A program made the position numbers and the translations under genes. Shown here one piece after another: positions 1 through 15,449 of a stretch of 64,000 bases of DNA; position 1 is the first letter of the stretch, and each line of letters opens with the position of its first letter. The notes under the pieces were generated by a model that did no database searches, was not told where the DNA came from, and worked only from the letters and a program-made list of their open reading frames with translations. Source of the stretch: Microbotryum violaceum (lineage: Eukaryota); assembly GCA_001244265.2 (NCBI GenBank), contig CDLV01000006.1, forward strand, positions 1 through 64,000, written 5' to 3'.

Positions 1-3000
1 ATCGCACAATGGACAGCGACCCCACCACGCCTTCGTCCCCAGGGACCCCAGCCCTCTTGCGTCTTCGATCAGCGATCAACTCGCTACCCTGCAGGCCCAG
101 ATCGCCGCCCTGCAGGCCTCGCAGCACCCTGCCGCCCGCCGTCGCAGCCCCTGCCGCCACCGCCTCGCAGCCCCTGCCGCCAGCCGCCTCTACCGCCGCT
201 GCCTCGCAGCCCACTGCCACTACCGCCACGCCACCACCGCATCAAAAGTCGTCTTTCCAAGCACGCTCGCCTAGATGGCTCCAAGTCATTCACAAACTGG
301 TTGCGCCAACTCCGGCTCACGCTTCCAAATCAGATTCGTGGTTACGTCCTTGATGGAGTCGTTCCGCCCGACTGTGGACGGACAGACCAGCTGGCCGCTC
401 GCGACGACGCCGCGCCGGGAAATTATTCGTCGGCTCGATCGACTTCCGCCGACGTCTCAGCAACCCTCGATGCCATCCCAAGCACGACCTGTCGGCGCCA
501 CGCATCTTCAACGCACTCAAGGCTCGTTTCGCACGAACGACGCCACTCGCACTCTCGAATTATTCGCCCGCCTTTGGGACTTTCGGAAGATGCCCGCCTC
601 GTCGAGGCCTATGACACCTGGCTGCGAGAATACATGGCCATTGCTCAAGAGATTCGCGACGCCAAGACATCACTGAACGACGTCCTCGCCACGCACATTC
701 TCGCCATGGTACCGTCCTGTCTAGACAGCTTCCGTCTAACGTTCACGGACGAGCAGCGCGCCAGCGCGAACTCCCGGAGCTCACGACTTTAACGGACCGT
801 ATCCGCGTTCAGCTCCGATCCGCCGGCTCTCGACCTCGCATTCGGCCATGCTCGCCGACGCCCCCTCTTGCCCGCCTGCCGCGCCCCGGCCACCGCCTGC
901 GAGACTGCACTTCACGTGCAAAGCATCCGCCCACCGCCCTTGCCGCCGCTGCCAAAAGCGAGGTCACTGGGCCCTCGACTGCAAGAACCGGGGTCAACAG
1001 ACACGTACCAGCGACGACACCAGGACGACTTGTCTTCTTCCACGGCTCACCGACCGAACGTCGGCTATTTCGCCTCCTGCCTGTTTGCCGCCCGCCCAAC
1101 TCCGACCGACGCCTTCGTTGTCGACTCGGGCGCGACGACTCACATGGTCGCCGACCGCCCCTGTTCACGACTTATCGTCAAACGGCACACACCAAGATTG
1201 GCGCGCATTGCCGGCGGTATCACGGCCATTGGTATGGGGGATGTAGCGTTTGTTGCCAACACCGGACACCCGATCACGTTGCGCGGCGTTCTGCACGCGC
1301 CGGCGCTTCACGTCAACCTTCTCTCCGTCTCTCGCCTTTGTGACACCGACCGCGTCCGACTCGCTTTCACCAGCGACAGCATCGACATCACCAAGGACGG
1401 CCAGGCCATCGCTCACGGTACACGGGTTAACGACGGTCTCTACCTCCTGGACGCGGATCACACCAAATGTCAGCAGCTTGCCTTTCTCTCACGCTCTGAG
1501 TCTACCGTGCCCCTACTTACCCTCCACCGCTGCCTCGGCCATCTTGCTCCATCCTCTATACAGAAGATGATCGCTGCGGGTTTGCTGGACGGGTTTGGGG
1601 CCGGGTACAGTGACAAAGACGTAGAAGAGTTTGTTTGCAATGCTTGCCTTGGTTCCAAAGGCCATCGTCTTCCTTTTCCCGACTCGGAGTCACATTCCCC
1701 CGAGAGACTTGGCCTCGTGCACAGCGATGTCCTGTCGTTCCCCACTCCGTCCTTGACCGGGAAACGCTATCTTGTCACCTTCCTTGACGACCACTCTCGC
1801 AAACTCTGGGCAAACGAACGCGCGTTTACGGATCCTTCGCACCGACACGGCGGCGAATACCGATCCAACGCGTTCACGGAGTTCTGCCAGTCCAGGGGCA
1901 TTCGTCGCCAATACTCCATTCCATACACGCCTCAGCAAAACGGTCGTGCCGAACGTGTCAACCTCTCCATCGTCGAGGGCGTCCTCGCCCTCCTTGCCGA
2001 CTCTCACCTGCGCGCGCCACCTTTTGGGACGAAGCGGCTGCATACTTCGTTTATTGCAAAACAGGTGCTCACACTCAGCTTTGGCCAAACAGAATCCACA
2101 ATTCGTTTGGAACGGCCAACGCACCACGACCACGCCCCTTCACCCGTTCGGCTGCGCGGCCTGGCTCACGGGCGCGCCGGACCTTCGCAGCAAGCTCGAC
2201 CCCAAGGCCGCGCGCGTGATTTTTACTGGTTACGACCTCGCCTCCAAGGCTTTCCGTTTCTTCGACATTCCACCAACAAGGTTGTGCTTGGCCGAAATGC
2301 CACCTTCCTCGACGACGACTTCCCCGGCCTACCAGTCAGCACGCCCGTCGATGCGGACGCGCGAACGCCAGTTCATCATTCCCGCCGACACGCACGCCCC
2401 GCGACACGCACGCCCCCGCCGACACGCCCGCCCCGCCGTCAAGATGAGGACCCACTAGTAAGGTCGGCGCACATGGACGTCTCATCCCCCCTTGATGATT
2501 CTGCCATGAGGCGCCGTTGACGTGGCCCCAGGGTACACTGGGGATCCTTACTTAATTCTACAGATACCAGCCCCTCGTCGTCTCCGTCGTTCGCCCCGTT
2601 TTCGTCTCCCGCCACGCTCGCCGTCGGCCGGACGTCCATCGATGACTCGGATGATCCGCTTGACCTCCTGAACTCCGACACCGCGGTTCGCCTCAACCTG
2701 ATGGACGTACATCGATCCGACGACGACACCTCGGTGACACCCACGCCCGCCGCTGCCGCCTGGCAGCCCCCCGATGACGACTCTCCTGATGAGATCGATT
2801 TCCTCTCTCGCCATCATCGCGCTTTCATCGCCACGGACGACGACGACCCCGCCCTCAAGCCATTGAACCGTCAAATCGATCACTAGCGATCCCCAGACCT
2901 GGCGTGAAGCGATGTCCAGCGACGAGCACGACCTCTGGGCTCAAGCTGCCTCAGACGAGTTCACCGCCATGCGTGACGATTTCAAGGTGTTCACCATCGA

Positions 3001-4925
3001 GCCCGCTCCTCAGTACCGCCGCGGCGCCACCATCGTCACCTCCAAATTCGTCTGGAAGACCAAGCGCGATGCACAGGGTGATATCACAGGGCGGAAGGCA
3101 CGCCTTGTTGCACAGGGAAATCGCCAGCGCGACGGCATCGACTTCTCGGAGACGTTCGCACCCGTCGCCGTTTCTCCTCCATTCGCTGCCTTCTCGCCCT
3201 TGCCGCTGCCAATGGCTACCACGTTCATCAGGCCGACATCGACAAGGCTTACCTTCACGGCGAGCTCGATCACGATATCTGGATGACGACGCCACGAGGC
3301 TTCGACTTCCTGGGCGACAAGGTTCTCCGGCTGCGACGCTCGATCTACGGTCTTAAGCAGGCCGGTCGCATCTGGAATCGCCACATCGACACATCACTTC
3401 GAAGTCTTGGGTACAAGGCAACGGGCACTGATCACTGCATTTACTCTCGCATTGATGATCAGAAGCAGCCCCATTATATCGCATTGTATGTCGACGATCT
3501 CCTCATTGTCAGCCCCGCCTCGACAAGATCGAGCGTTCATCTACGGCCTCGAACAACGATACGGCGTCAAACGGCTCGGCCCCGCAGAATACATCCTCGG
3601 CATCCAGATTCGACGCCTGGAAGACGGCTCCATTGCTCTATCCCAGGAGCGCTACATCATGGACGTGCTCGCCCGCTTCCACTTCGACACCACAACGCGC
3701 GGCGCTACGGTGCCAATGACGCCCGGCCTCTCGCTCACGCTGTACCGGTCAGGGAACGGAACGCATTCGGTCGTGGTACCTGCAAGCCATCGGCTCCCTC
3801 CTATACATTTCACTTGGCACTCGGCCCGACATTGCCTTCGCCGTCTCGTACCTGTCCCGGTTCGCCAACAACCCCGGCCGCCGCCATTGGATTGCCGTCA
3901 AACACGTCCTTCGCTACCTTCGCGCTACGTACCGCGATGAGCTACTCTACGCCTGTGGCCCGCCAAAATTACGGGTGTGGTTGGCTATTCTGATGCGAAC
4001 TGGGGTGCCTGCGTCGACACGTCCATCTCACAATGGGCTTCGTCTTTTACTTGGCCGGCTCCGCCGTCTCTTGGTCATCGAAGCGTCAGACTCGGGTAGC
4101 AGATTCCACCACTGATGCCGAATACCTCGCCTTGTCGCATGCTGGTAAGGAAGCGATTTACCTTACGCAACTCCTCTCCGAGCTCCACGTTCGCCCGGTC
4201 GATGCAGCCCACATTTTCACCGACAACGAGGCCGCCGCCGCCGTCGCTCACGACCCCGTTCGCACTTCGGGCACTCGACACATACGCCTCCGCGAGCACT
4301 TTGTCCGCGACATGGTCAACCAAGGCGAGATCTCTCTCTCACACGTCGGCACAGCGAACATGGTTGCAGACATATTCACCAAGGCGCTAGGTCCCAAGAT
4401 TTTCGGTGCACATTGCTATACTCTAGGTCTCCGGACGCGTCACCCACGGCTCAAGTCTACCTCGCGTTCGCGTGGGGGGGGGTGTGAAGAATCCACTCTC
4501 CGCTCGGCTCAGGACTTAGGCGCGCGGATCAAGCCGGGCGCATCGGCACAGGTCTTAGGCGCGCTGAGCGAGCCGGGCGCATCGGCAGAGGACTTAGGCG
4601 CGCGGAACGGGCCAGGCGCACCGGCTCAGGACTTAGGCGCGCGGGCGCAGGACTTAGGCGCGCGGAGCGAGCCTGGGACTTAGGCGCGCCGGCTCAGGTC
4701 TTAGGCGCGCGGAGCGCGCCTGGGACTTAAGCGCAGGGAACGAGCCTGGCCCAAGGGTCCCAGGCTGAGGACTTGAGGCGCGCGGCTCCCATACTGTTAG
4801 CTTCCTATTCATCACTCTTGGCTATAACTACATCGCTGACGTAGTAGAGTTGATCGAATAGGTATGTTGTAATATTCATCACTCTTGGCTATAACTACAT
4901 CGCTGACGTAGTAGAGTTGATCGAA
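1..4925 (+). mobile_element. Ty1/Copia LTR retrotransposon, family A, copy 1 (5' LTR outside window; many frameshifts)
   Basis: Domains run gag zinc knuckle ([14 protein letters not shown]), protease DSGAT, GAG-pre-integrase LHRCLGH, integrase ([13 protein letters not shown]), RT YVDD, RNase H (WSSKRQ, ADIFTK), which is the Copia order. Poly-G PPT at 4474-4482; LTR starts TGTGA at 4483. Confidence 0.95.
4483..4925 (+). repeat. Family A 3' LTR with GC-rich ~39-bp minisatellite and duplicated 3' end
   Basis: Matches LTRs at 5899-6243(-), 7826-8231, 12823-13226, 17579-17852, 22805-23078 and 26323-26588. Confidence 0.9.
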
Positions 4926-5898
4926 AAAAAATACCTTAGGTCCGAGAGCCTTAGTGAAAATGTCGGCCACCATGTCGCTGGTTCCAACGTGCGAGAGTGA
5001 GATGTCGCCCCGATTCACCATGTCCCGAACGAAGTGCTCGCGCAAGCGTATGTGTCGAGTGCCGGTGACGCGGACAGGGTCGCGGGCGACTGCCGCAGCG
5101 GCTTTGTTGTCAGTAAAGATGTGAGCCGGTGCAACGGGTTGGACATGAAGCTCTTCGAGTAGCTGACTGAGGTAAATCCCTTCCTTGCCAGCATGCGAGA
5201 GGGCGAGATACTCAGCGTCGGTGGTGGAATCGGCAACTCGAGATTGACGTTTGGATGACCAGGACACGGCGGAGCCGGCGATGTAGAAGACGTAGCCCAT
5301 GGTGGACACCGATGTATCGACACAGCGCCCCCAATTCGCGTCGGAGTAGCCTACCACACCCGTGATACATGTCTCGCCACGAGCATAGAGCAGTTCGTTG
5401 CGATACGTGGCTCGGAGATAGCGGAGGACGTGCTTGACCGCGATCCAATGACGACTGCCGGGGTTGTTGGCGAAGCGGGCCAGGTAGGAGACGGCGAAGG
5501 CGATGTCGGGGCGGGTGCCAAGTGAGATGTAGAGAAGCGAGCGATAGCCTGCAGATACCATGACTTGATCTGTTCGGTGCCCTGACCCGGGATGGCGGTG
5601 AGCGAAGGCCGGGAGTCATGGGGACTGTAGTGCCGCGAGTCGTGGTGTCAAAATGGAACCGAGCGAGCACGTCCATGATGTACCGTTCCTGGGACAGGGC
5701 GATAGAACCGTCTGCGAGCCGCCTGATCTGAATGCCGAGGATGTATTCTGCCGGGCCAAGGCGCTTGACTCCGTAACGTCGTTCGAGGCCCAAGATGACA
5801 CGTTCGATTTTGGCCAGGTCCGGGCTGATCATGAGGAGGTCGTCGACGTACAGCGCGATGTAGTGTGAGCGTTGACGATCATCGAGCCGAGAGTATAT
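4926..5898 (-). mobile_element. Copia family B RT/RNase H fragment
   Basis: ORFs 5212-5832 and 4812-5561 match the family B pol at 30629-31890 ([26 protein letters not shown]). Confidence 0.9.
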
Positions 5899-7825
<1,927 letters not shown>

Positions 7826-10800
7826 TGTGAGGAATCCACTCTCCGCTCGGTCCAGGACTTAGTGCGCGCGGAGCGAGCCGGCGCGCATCGCGCACGGACC
7901 TATGCGCGCGGAGCAAGCCTGGCGCCTCGGCTCGGGACTTAGGCGCGCGGAGCGAGCCGGGCGCATCAGGTCGGGACTTAGGCGCGCGGAGCGAGCCGGG
8001 CGAAATGGCTCGGGACTTAGGCGCGCGGAACGAGCCTGGCCTATTGGGTCAGCCCTGAGGCTCACTGGCTGAGAAATTGGGCGCGCGGCTCATTCACTGT
8101 TAGCTTCCTATTCATCACTCTTGGCTATAACTACATTGCTAACGTAGTAGAGTTGATCGAATAGGTATGTTGAAATGATTGATCACTCTTGGCTATAACT
8201 ACATTGCTGACGTAGTAGAGTTGATCGAATAGGTTATCAGCCCACGAGCTACCAGCCGCCACTCGCGTTTTTTTCCTCGAGCCTCAGCCACTCGAGCCGC
8301 ACACGTCCATCACACATCGCACGATGGACAGCTCCCCCAACACGCCCTCGCCCACAGGGACTCCAGCCCCCTCGCATCTTCGATCACGATCAAATCGCCA
8401 CTCTACAGGCCAGCTCGCCGCTCTGCAGGCTTCACAGCCCCCTGCCGCCGCCGCCTCCAGCCCACTGCCGCCGCCGTCGTCGCCAACCCGGCCACGGTCG
8501 CCACCGCGTCCAAAGTCGTGTTTCCAAACACGCTCGTCTCGATGGACCCAAGTCGTTTACGAACTGGTTACGACAACTTCGTCTCGCGCTTCCCAACCAA
8601 CTTCGTGCGTACGTTCTTGACAGCGTCGCCCCCGCTACGTGGACGGCCGATCAGCTTGCCGCCCGCGACGACACCGCCGCGGAAATCATCGTTGGCTCCA
8701 TCGACTCCGCCGACGTCTCGGCGACGCTCGACGCCATTCCGAGCGACGATCTCTCGGCCCCACGCATCTTCGCCGCCCTCAAGGCTCGTTTCGCACCGGA
8801 CGACGCTACCCGCACTCTTGAGTTGTTTGCCCGCCTTTGGGATTCAGAAAGATGCCCGCCTCCGTCGACGCATACGACACCTGGCTACGCGAATACATGT
8901 CCATTGCACAAGAAATTCGCGACACCAAAACATCGCTCAACGACGTACTCGCCACCCACGTGCTCGCCATGGTTCCGTCGTGTCTCGACAGCTTCCGCCT
9001 CACGTTCACGGACGAGCAACGCAACCAACGCGACCTTCCCGAGCTGACGACGCTGACGGACCGCATTCGCATACAACTTCGTTCGGCGGGGCTCTCCACC
9101 TCACATTCGGCCATGATTGCCACCACCTCCCTTGCCCCGCCTGCCACGCCCCGGCCACCGCCTGCGCGACTGCACCTCACGCGCTCAGTACCCCCTGCCG
9201 CCCCTGCCGTCGCTGCAACAAGAAGGGTCACTGGGCCCTCGACTGCAAACCACGAGGCGGCCAACAACGAACCGGCGACGACAACCAGTCCGGCATGCCC
9301 TCATCTGCAGTTCACCAACCGAATGTCGGTTATTTCGCCTCCGGCCTGTTCGCTCGCCGGCAACTGCCGACTGACGCCTTCGTCGTCGACTCGGGTGCCA
9401 CGACACACATGGTAGCGATCGCTCTCTCTTCACGGCTTATCGCAAACGGCACACACCAAGATTGGAGGCATAGCCGGCGGGATCACAGCCATTGGTATGG
9501 GAGACGTCGCTTCGTTGCCAAGACCGGACATCGATCACGCTGCGTGGAGTTCTGCACACGCCGGGCCTTCACGTCAACCTCCTCTCCGTCTCTCGCCTCT
9601 GCGACACCGACCGCGTTCGACTCGCCTTCACCAGCGACGGTATCGACATCGCCAAGGACGGCCAGGCCATCGCTCATGGTACCAGGGTTAACGACGGGCT
9701 CTACCTTTTGGATGCGGATCACTCCAGATGTCAGCAGCTTGCCTTGCTCTCACGTTCCGAGTCCCCCGTGCCCCTGCTTCCCTCCACCGCTGCCTCGGCC
9801 ATCTTGCCCCATCCTCTATACAGAAGATGATTGCCGCAGGTTTGCTACACGGGTTTGGGGCCGGGTACAGTGACAAAGACGTAGAGGAGTTTGTTTGCAA
9901 TGCTTGCCTTGGTTCCAAAGGTCACCGTCTCCCTTTTCCCGACTCGGAGTCGCATTCCCCCGAGAGACTTGGCCTTGTGCACAGCGATGTCCTGTCGTTC
10001 CCCACTCCGTCCTTGACCGGAAAGCGCTACCTTGTGACATTCCTTGACGATCACTCTCGCAAACTCTGGGCATACGCGATCGATCCCAAAAGCGACGTCT
10101 TCCCGACCTTCCAGACTTGGCTCGCTGAAGTGGAGTTACAGACGGACGCACGTTTAAGGATCCTTCGCACCGACAACGCGGCGAGTACCGATCCAACGCA
10201 TTTACGGAGTTCTGCAAGTCCAGGGGCATTCGTCGCCAATACTCTATTCCCTACACACCTCAGCAAAACGGTCGTGCCGAACGTGTCAACCTCTCCATCG
10301 TCGAGGGCGTCCTCGCCCTCCTTGCTGACTCTCATCTGCCGGCCACCTTCTGGGATGAAGCGGCTGCGTACTTCGTTTATTGCAAAAACAGGTGCTCACA
10401 CTCAGCTTTGGCCAAACAGACCCCGAATTAGCTTGGGACGGCCAACGCACCACGGCCACCGCCCTCCACCCGTTCGGCTGCGCGGCCTGGCTCACGGTCG
10501 CGCCGGACCTTCGCAGCAAGCTCGACCCCAAGGCCACGCGCGTGATTTCACCGGTTACGACCTAGCCTCCAAGGCCTTCCGTTTCTTCGACCATTCCGCC
10601 AACAAGATTGTACTTGGCCGAAATGCCACCTTCCTCGACGACGATTTCCCCGGCCTCCCAGCCAACACGCCAGTCGATGCGGACAACACCGAACGCGAGT
10701 TCACCATCCCCGCCGACACGTGCGTCCCCACCAGCACGCCCGCCCCGCCAGCACGCCCGCCCCGCCAGCACCCCGCCCCCGCCGTCAAGACCAGGACCCC

Positions 10801-13226
10801 ACTAGTAAGGTCGGCGCACATGGACGTCTCATCCTCTATTGATGATTCTACCATGAGCGCCGTTGACGTGGCCCCAGGGTACACTGGCGGATCCTTACTT
10901 AATTCTACAGACACCAGTCTTTCGTCGTCTCCGTCGCTCCCCCCGTTTTCGTCTCCCGCCACGTCCTCGGCCGGGGGACCGTCCATCGATGACTCGGATG
11001 ACCCGCTTGACCTTCTCAACTCCAACACCGCGGTTCGTACCTCAACCGATGGACGTACATCGGTCCGGACGACACCGGTGACAACCACACCCGCCGTGCC
11101 TCGCCCTCTGATGACGACTCACCTGACGAGATCGACTTCCTCTCTCGCCATCACCGCGCCTTTATCGCCACAGACGACGACGATCCCGCCCTCGAAGCCA
11201 TTGAACCCGTAAAATCAATCACTAGCGATCCTCAGACCTGGCGCGAAGCGATGTCCAGCGACGAGCACGACCTCTGGGCTCAAGCTGCTGCCAACGAGTT
11301 CACAGCCATGCGCAACGATTTCAAGGTGTTCACCATCAAGCCTCGCTCCTCGGTGCCGCCGGGCGCCACCATTGTCACCTCCAAATTCGTCTGGAAGACC
11401 AAGCGAAATGCACGCGGTGATATCACAGGGCGGAAGGCACGCCTTGTAGCACAGGGTAACCGTCAGCGCGATGGCATCGACTTCTCGGAGACTTTCGCAC
11501 CGTCGCTCGGTTCTCGTCCATTCGCTGCCTCCTCGCTCTTGCCGCTGCCTATGGCTATCACGTTCATCAGGCCGACATCGACAAGGCTTATCTGCACGGC
11601 GAGCTCGATCACGATATCTGGATGACGACGCCACGGGGTTTCGACTTCCCGAGCGACAAGGTTCTCCGGCTGCGGCGCTCGATCTACGGTCTTAAGCAGG
11701 CCGGTCGCATCTGGAATCGTCACATTGACACATCGCTCAGAAGTCTGGGTACAGGGCAACGGGCACTGATCACTGCATTTACTCTCGCATTGATGATCAG
11801 CAGCAAACCCACTACATCGCCTTGTATGTCGACGATCTCCTCATTGTCAGCCCGCCCTAGACGAAATCGAACGTGTCATCTCAGGCCTCGAACGGCGATA
11901 CGGCGTCAAACGACTTGGCCCGCGGAATACATCCTCGGCATCCAAATCCGCCGCCTGGAAGACGGTTCCATTGCTCTTTCCCAGGAGCGCTACATCATGG
12001 ACGTGCTCGCCCGGTTTCATTTCGACACCACAACCGAGGTGCTACGGTGCCAATGACGCCCGGCCTCTCACTCACGGCAGTCCCGGGTCAGGGAACGGAA
12101 CGCATTCGGTCGTGGTACCTACAAGCCATTGGCTCTCTCCTATACATTTCCCTTGGCACTCGCCCCGACATAGCCTTCGCCGTCTCGTATCTGTCCCGGT
12201 TTGCCAACAACCCCGGCCGCCGCCATTGGATTGCCGTCAAACACGTCCTACGCTACCTTCGCGCTACGTACCGCGATGAACTACTCTATGCCAGCGGTTC
12301 ACCAAAATTACAGGTGTGGTTGGCTATTCTGATGCGAACTGGGGTGCCTGCGTCGACACGTCCATCTCCACGATGGGTTTCGTATTTTACTTGGCCGGCT
12401 CCGCCGTCTCTTGGTCATCGAAGCGTCAGACTCGGGTAGCAGACTCCACCACCGATGCCGAATACCTCGCCTTGTCGCACGCTGGTAAGGAAGCGATTTA
12501 CCTTACACAACTCCTCTCCGAGCTCCATGTTCGTCCAATCGAGGCAGCTCACATTTTCACGACAACGAGGCCGCCGCCGCCGTCGCTCACGACCCCGTTC
12601 GCACTTCTGGCACTCGACACATACGCCTCCGCGAACACTTTGTCCGCGACATGGTAAATCGGGGTGATATCTCCCTCTCACACGTTGGCACAGCAAACAT
12701 GGTTGCAGACGTATTCACCAAAGCGCTTGGCCCCAAGATTTTCGGTACACATTGCTATGCTCTAGGCCTCCGGACGCGACACCCACGGATCAAGTCTACC
12801 TCGCATTCGCGTGGGGGGGGGGTGTGAGGAATCCACTCTCCGCTTGGTCCAGGACTTAGGCGCGCGGAGCGAGCCGGGCGCATCGCGCACGGACCTATGC
12901 GCGCGGAGCGAGCCTGGCGCCTCGGCTCGGGACTTAGGCGCGCGGAGCGAGCCGGGCGCATCAGGTCGGGACTTAGGCGCGCGGAGCGAGCCGGGCGAAA
13001 TGGCTCGGGACTTAGGCGCGCGGAACGAGCCTGGCCTATTGGGTCAGCCCTGAGGCTCACTGGCTGAGAAATTGGGCGCGCGGCTCATTCACTGTTAGCT
13101 TCCTATTCATCACTCTTGGCTATAACTACATTGCTGACGTAGTAGAGTTGATCGAATAGGTATGTTGAAATGATTCATCACTCTTGGCTATAACTACATT
13201 GCTGACGTAGTAGAGTTGATCGAATA
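7826..13226 (+). mobile_element. Full-length Copia family A element with two near-identical LTRs (7826-8231, 12823-13226)
   Basis: LTR-PBS-gag-PR-IN-RT-RH-PPT-LTR. Flanks (TTGTG / CACCA) are not a TSD, suggesting recombination with another copy. Confidence 0.95.
8232..8254 (+). promoter_or_regulatory. Primer binding site, half-tRNAiMet (hemivirus) type
   Basis: GGTTATCAGCCC directly follows the LTR and resembles the copia/Ty5-type GGTTATGRGCCC. Also present at 17853, 23079 and 14861-14872(-). Confidence 0.85.
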
Positions 13227-15449
13227 CACCAAATGTAGGGCGAGGCATTTGCGCTACATCGACGTGGAGGAGATCCAGACGGCCAGAGGCGATGGACTTG
13301 GACCGGGCAAAGGGGAGGGCATGTGCTTTGGAAGCGAGACAAGCATTGCAGTAAAAATCCCGGAGCTCCTGATCCTTATACACCCAATCCACCCAGTAAC
13401 CAAGCCTTTCTGCACAACGTTTTTGATTTGCGCAACGGGCAAGTGCGCGAGGCGACGGTGCAGAGTCAGCAAGGACACTTTGGTAGGGATGGCGAGGAGG
13501 GCTTTGGGCGTACAGGGTGTAGGTCAAGTGCCAAGGCGTACAGGTTGTTCCCGATGGCTTGAGCGGTAGCAACGACGGCACCCGAGGGACGGGCAATGCT
13601 TGCACAACGAGATGCGAAGGAGACGCGGTAGCCAAGTTGATCCAACTGGAAGACGGACAGCAGGTTGCATGGGAGATCCGGTACCAGGAGGACATTGGAC
13701 ACGGTGATGGGACCCGTTGAAGTCTGGATGCAAATGGTGCCGCAGCCGGTGGAAGGGAGGGAGCCGGCGACGCCTCCAACTCGTGGGCCTGCGACCGTGC
13801 GAAGCTCGGAAAAAAGGCCCCTGTCGTTCGTCATATGGCGATTAGCGCCCGAGTCAAGAAGCCAAGCCGATTTGCGAAATGGCGAAGGTGTTGCGAGGAG
13901 ACAGGCCGTGAACGACACAGAGTTGGGTGTGTCCACTGCGGCTGGTGACGCGACTGGCTGGGAGGCCTTCTTCTCGGCGGTGCGACGAGCTTGGTAGGCG
14001 GCGGCCCAGGCGGTGTCGGGGCATTCCCGGAGCCAGTGCAACTTGCGACAAGACGGATTTGGGCACGGCCTTGAACAGCCGTGGCGGGCCTGCGGGGTGG
14101 CGACGGCGGCGGCGGCAACAGGAGTATCGACGGGGCGGGCTTTGACATCGCGGTAAAGGCGCGTGAAGATCTCGGTGGCGGAGGGCATCGCAGTGGAATC
14201 GCCCTGGTCAGCAACGAAGGTGGTGCGCCAGGCGTCGAAGGACGAAGGAAGGCGAGCAAGCAAGTGCGAGGCGAAAAGGGCGTTCACGGTGACCTGCGAG
14301 TCCTGCAGCAGCCGGGCGTCGTTTTCGAAACTGTCGCGGAATTGCAGGAACAGGTCGGGAGTGACGGGCACAGGGTCGGAGCTGAAGAGGCGTTGGATGA
14401 CCGGTAGCAGATCAACAGCAGACACGGTGCCGTAGCGTTCGCGAAGTGCCTGCCAGACCTTGGGTGCTGCGAGCAATTCGTCGAGGTAAGGTGACAGGCC
14501 GGGAGGACAGTTTGCGAATCGACGGAGGCGCAAATGGAGGAGCAGGCGTAGTGGTCCCAGAGAGGGACATACAAAGCAGGCCAAGACTCGAGTGGTACGC
14601 CCGTGTTGAGGTAACGGACAACGCCGGAGGGCAGGCGTGAACGGATGGCGAGGACCCAGTCTCGGTAGCCGGACGAGTTGCGAAGCAGCTTGGTCGTAGC
14701 GAAGGCCGCAGAGTGGTGGGGCGGCGCAAGGGCGGCGCATCGGGCGTGGGCTCGCGGAGCTTGGCTTCAGGCGCGGAGGCGCCGGCGTCGGACATGTTGC
14801 GTAGGGTGAAAAAATAGAGCGAAGGGCGGGCACGGAGGTGGCCGCACTGGTAGCTCGGTTGGGCTAATAACCTGTGATGTTGTCACGCCTGCTCAAGCGG
14901 TGGTAAGTCTCTGATCGAAGGACCAAGGGAGACCAGACCAAGAAGTTGCTTTGTTACACACCTGCTCAAGCACTACAGTAAGTTACCACATCTAGAGGGG
15001 TGAAAGATGATAGGAAGAGTAGTGCTCACCTGCTCAAGCGGTGGTAAGTCTCTGATCAAAGGACCAAGGGAGACCAGACCAAGAAGTTGCTTTGTTACAC
15101 ACCTGCTCAAGCACTACAGTAAGTTACCACATCTAGAGGGGTGAAAGATGATAGGAAGAGTAGTGCTCACCTGCTCAAGCGGTGGTAAGTCTCTGATCGA
15201 AGGACCAAGGGAAACCAGACCAAGAAGTTGCTTGAGCAGGAGAGAAACCAGAGTGGGGCCATTTGGCTGGGCCCAAGTCAGCCCAGCCAAAGTCAGGCGC
15301 ACGGACCTGGCCCAGGTGCAGAGACCAGGCCCAGAGTGGGAGAGCTAAGGTGGTGAAAAGTAGGCCAAAAGTGATCAAAACGAAGAGAGGAGGATGTTGA
15401 GGTAGGTACAAGATACAAGAAGGACATGAAGGAGATATTTGATCTCACA
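13227..15449 (-). mobile_element. Copia family C 5' half (LTR, PBS, gag, protease, start of integrase)
   Basis: CPNPSCRKLHWLREC knuckle, WLLDSGA protease, LHRRLAH, CNACLASK, LLHVDV. PBS GGTTATTAGCCC at 14861-14872. Confidence 0.92.
14873..15449 (-). repeat. Family C 5' LTR (TG..CA) containing a 141-bp tandem repeat (~2.4 copies)
   Basis: TGTGAGATC...ACATCACA on the minus strand; repeat spans 14889-15231. Confidence 0.88.

Noticed and set aside
4500..4790. Telomeric repeats (TTAGG-containing)
   Set aside because: TTAGGC is embedded in a 39-bp LTR minisatellite, not a contiguous TTAGGG tract.
14889..15231. CRISPR-like array (CCTGCTCAAGC every ~70 bp)
   Set aside because: The context is eukaryotic, the spacers alternate between two sequences, it lies inside an LTR, and there are no cas genes.
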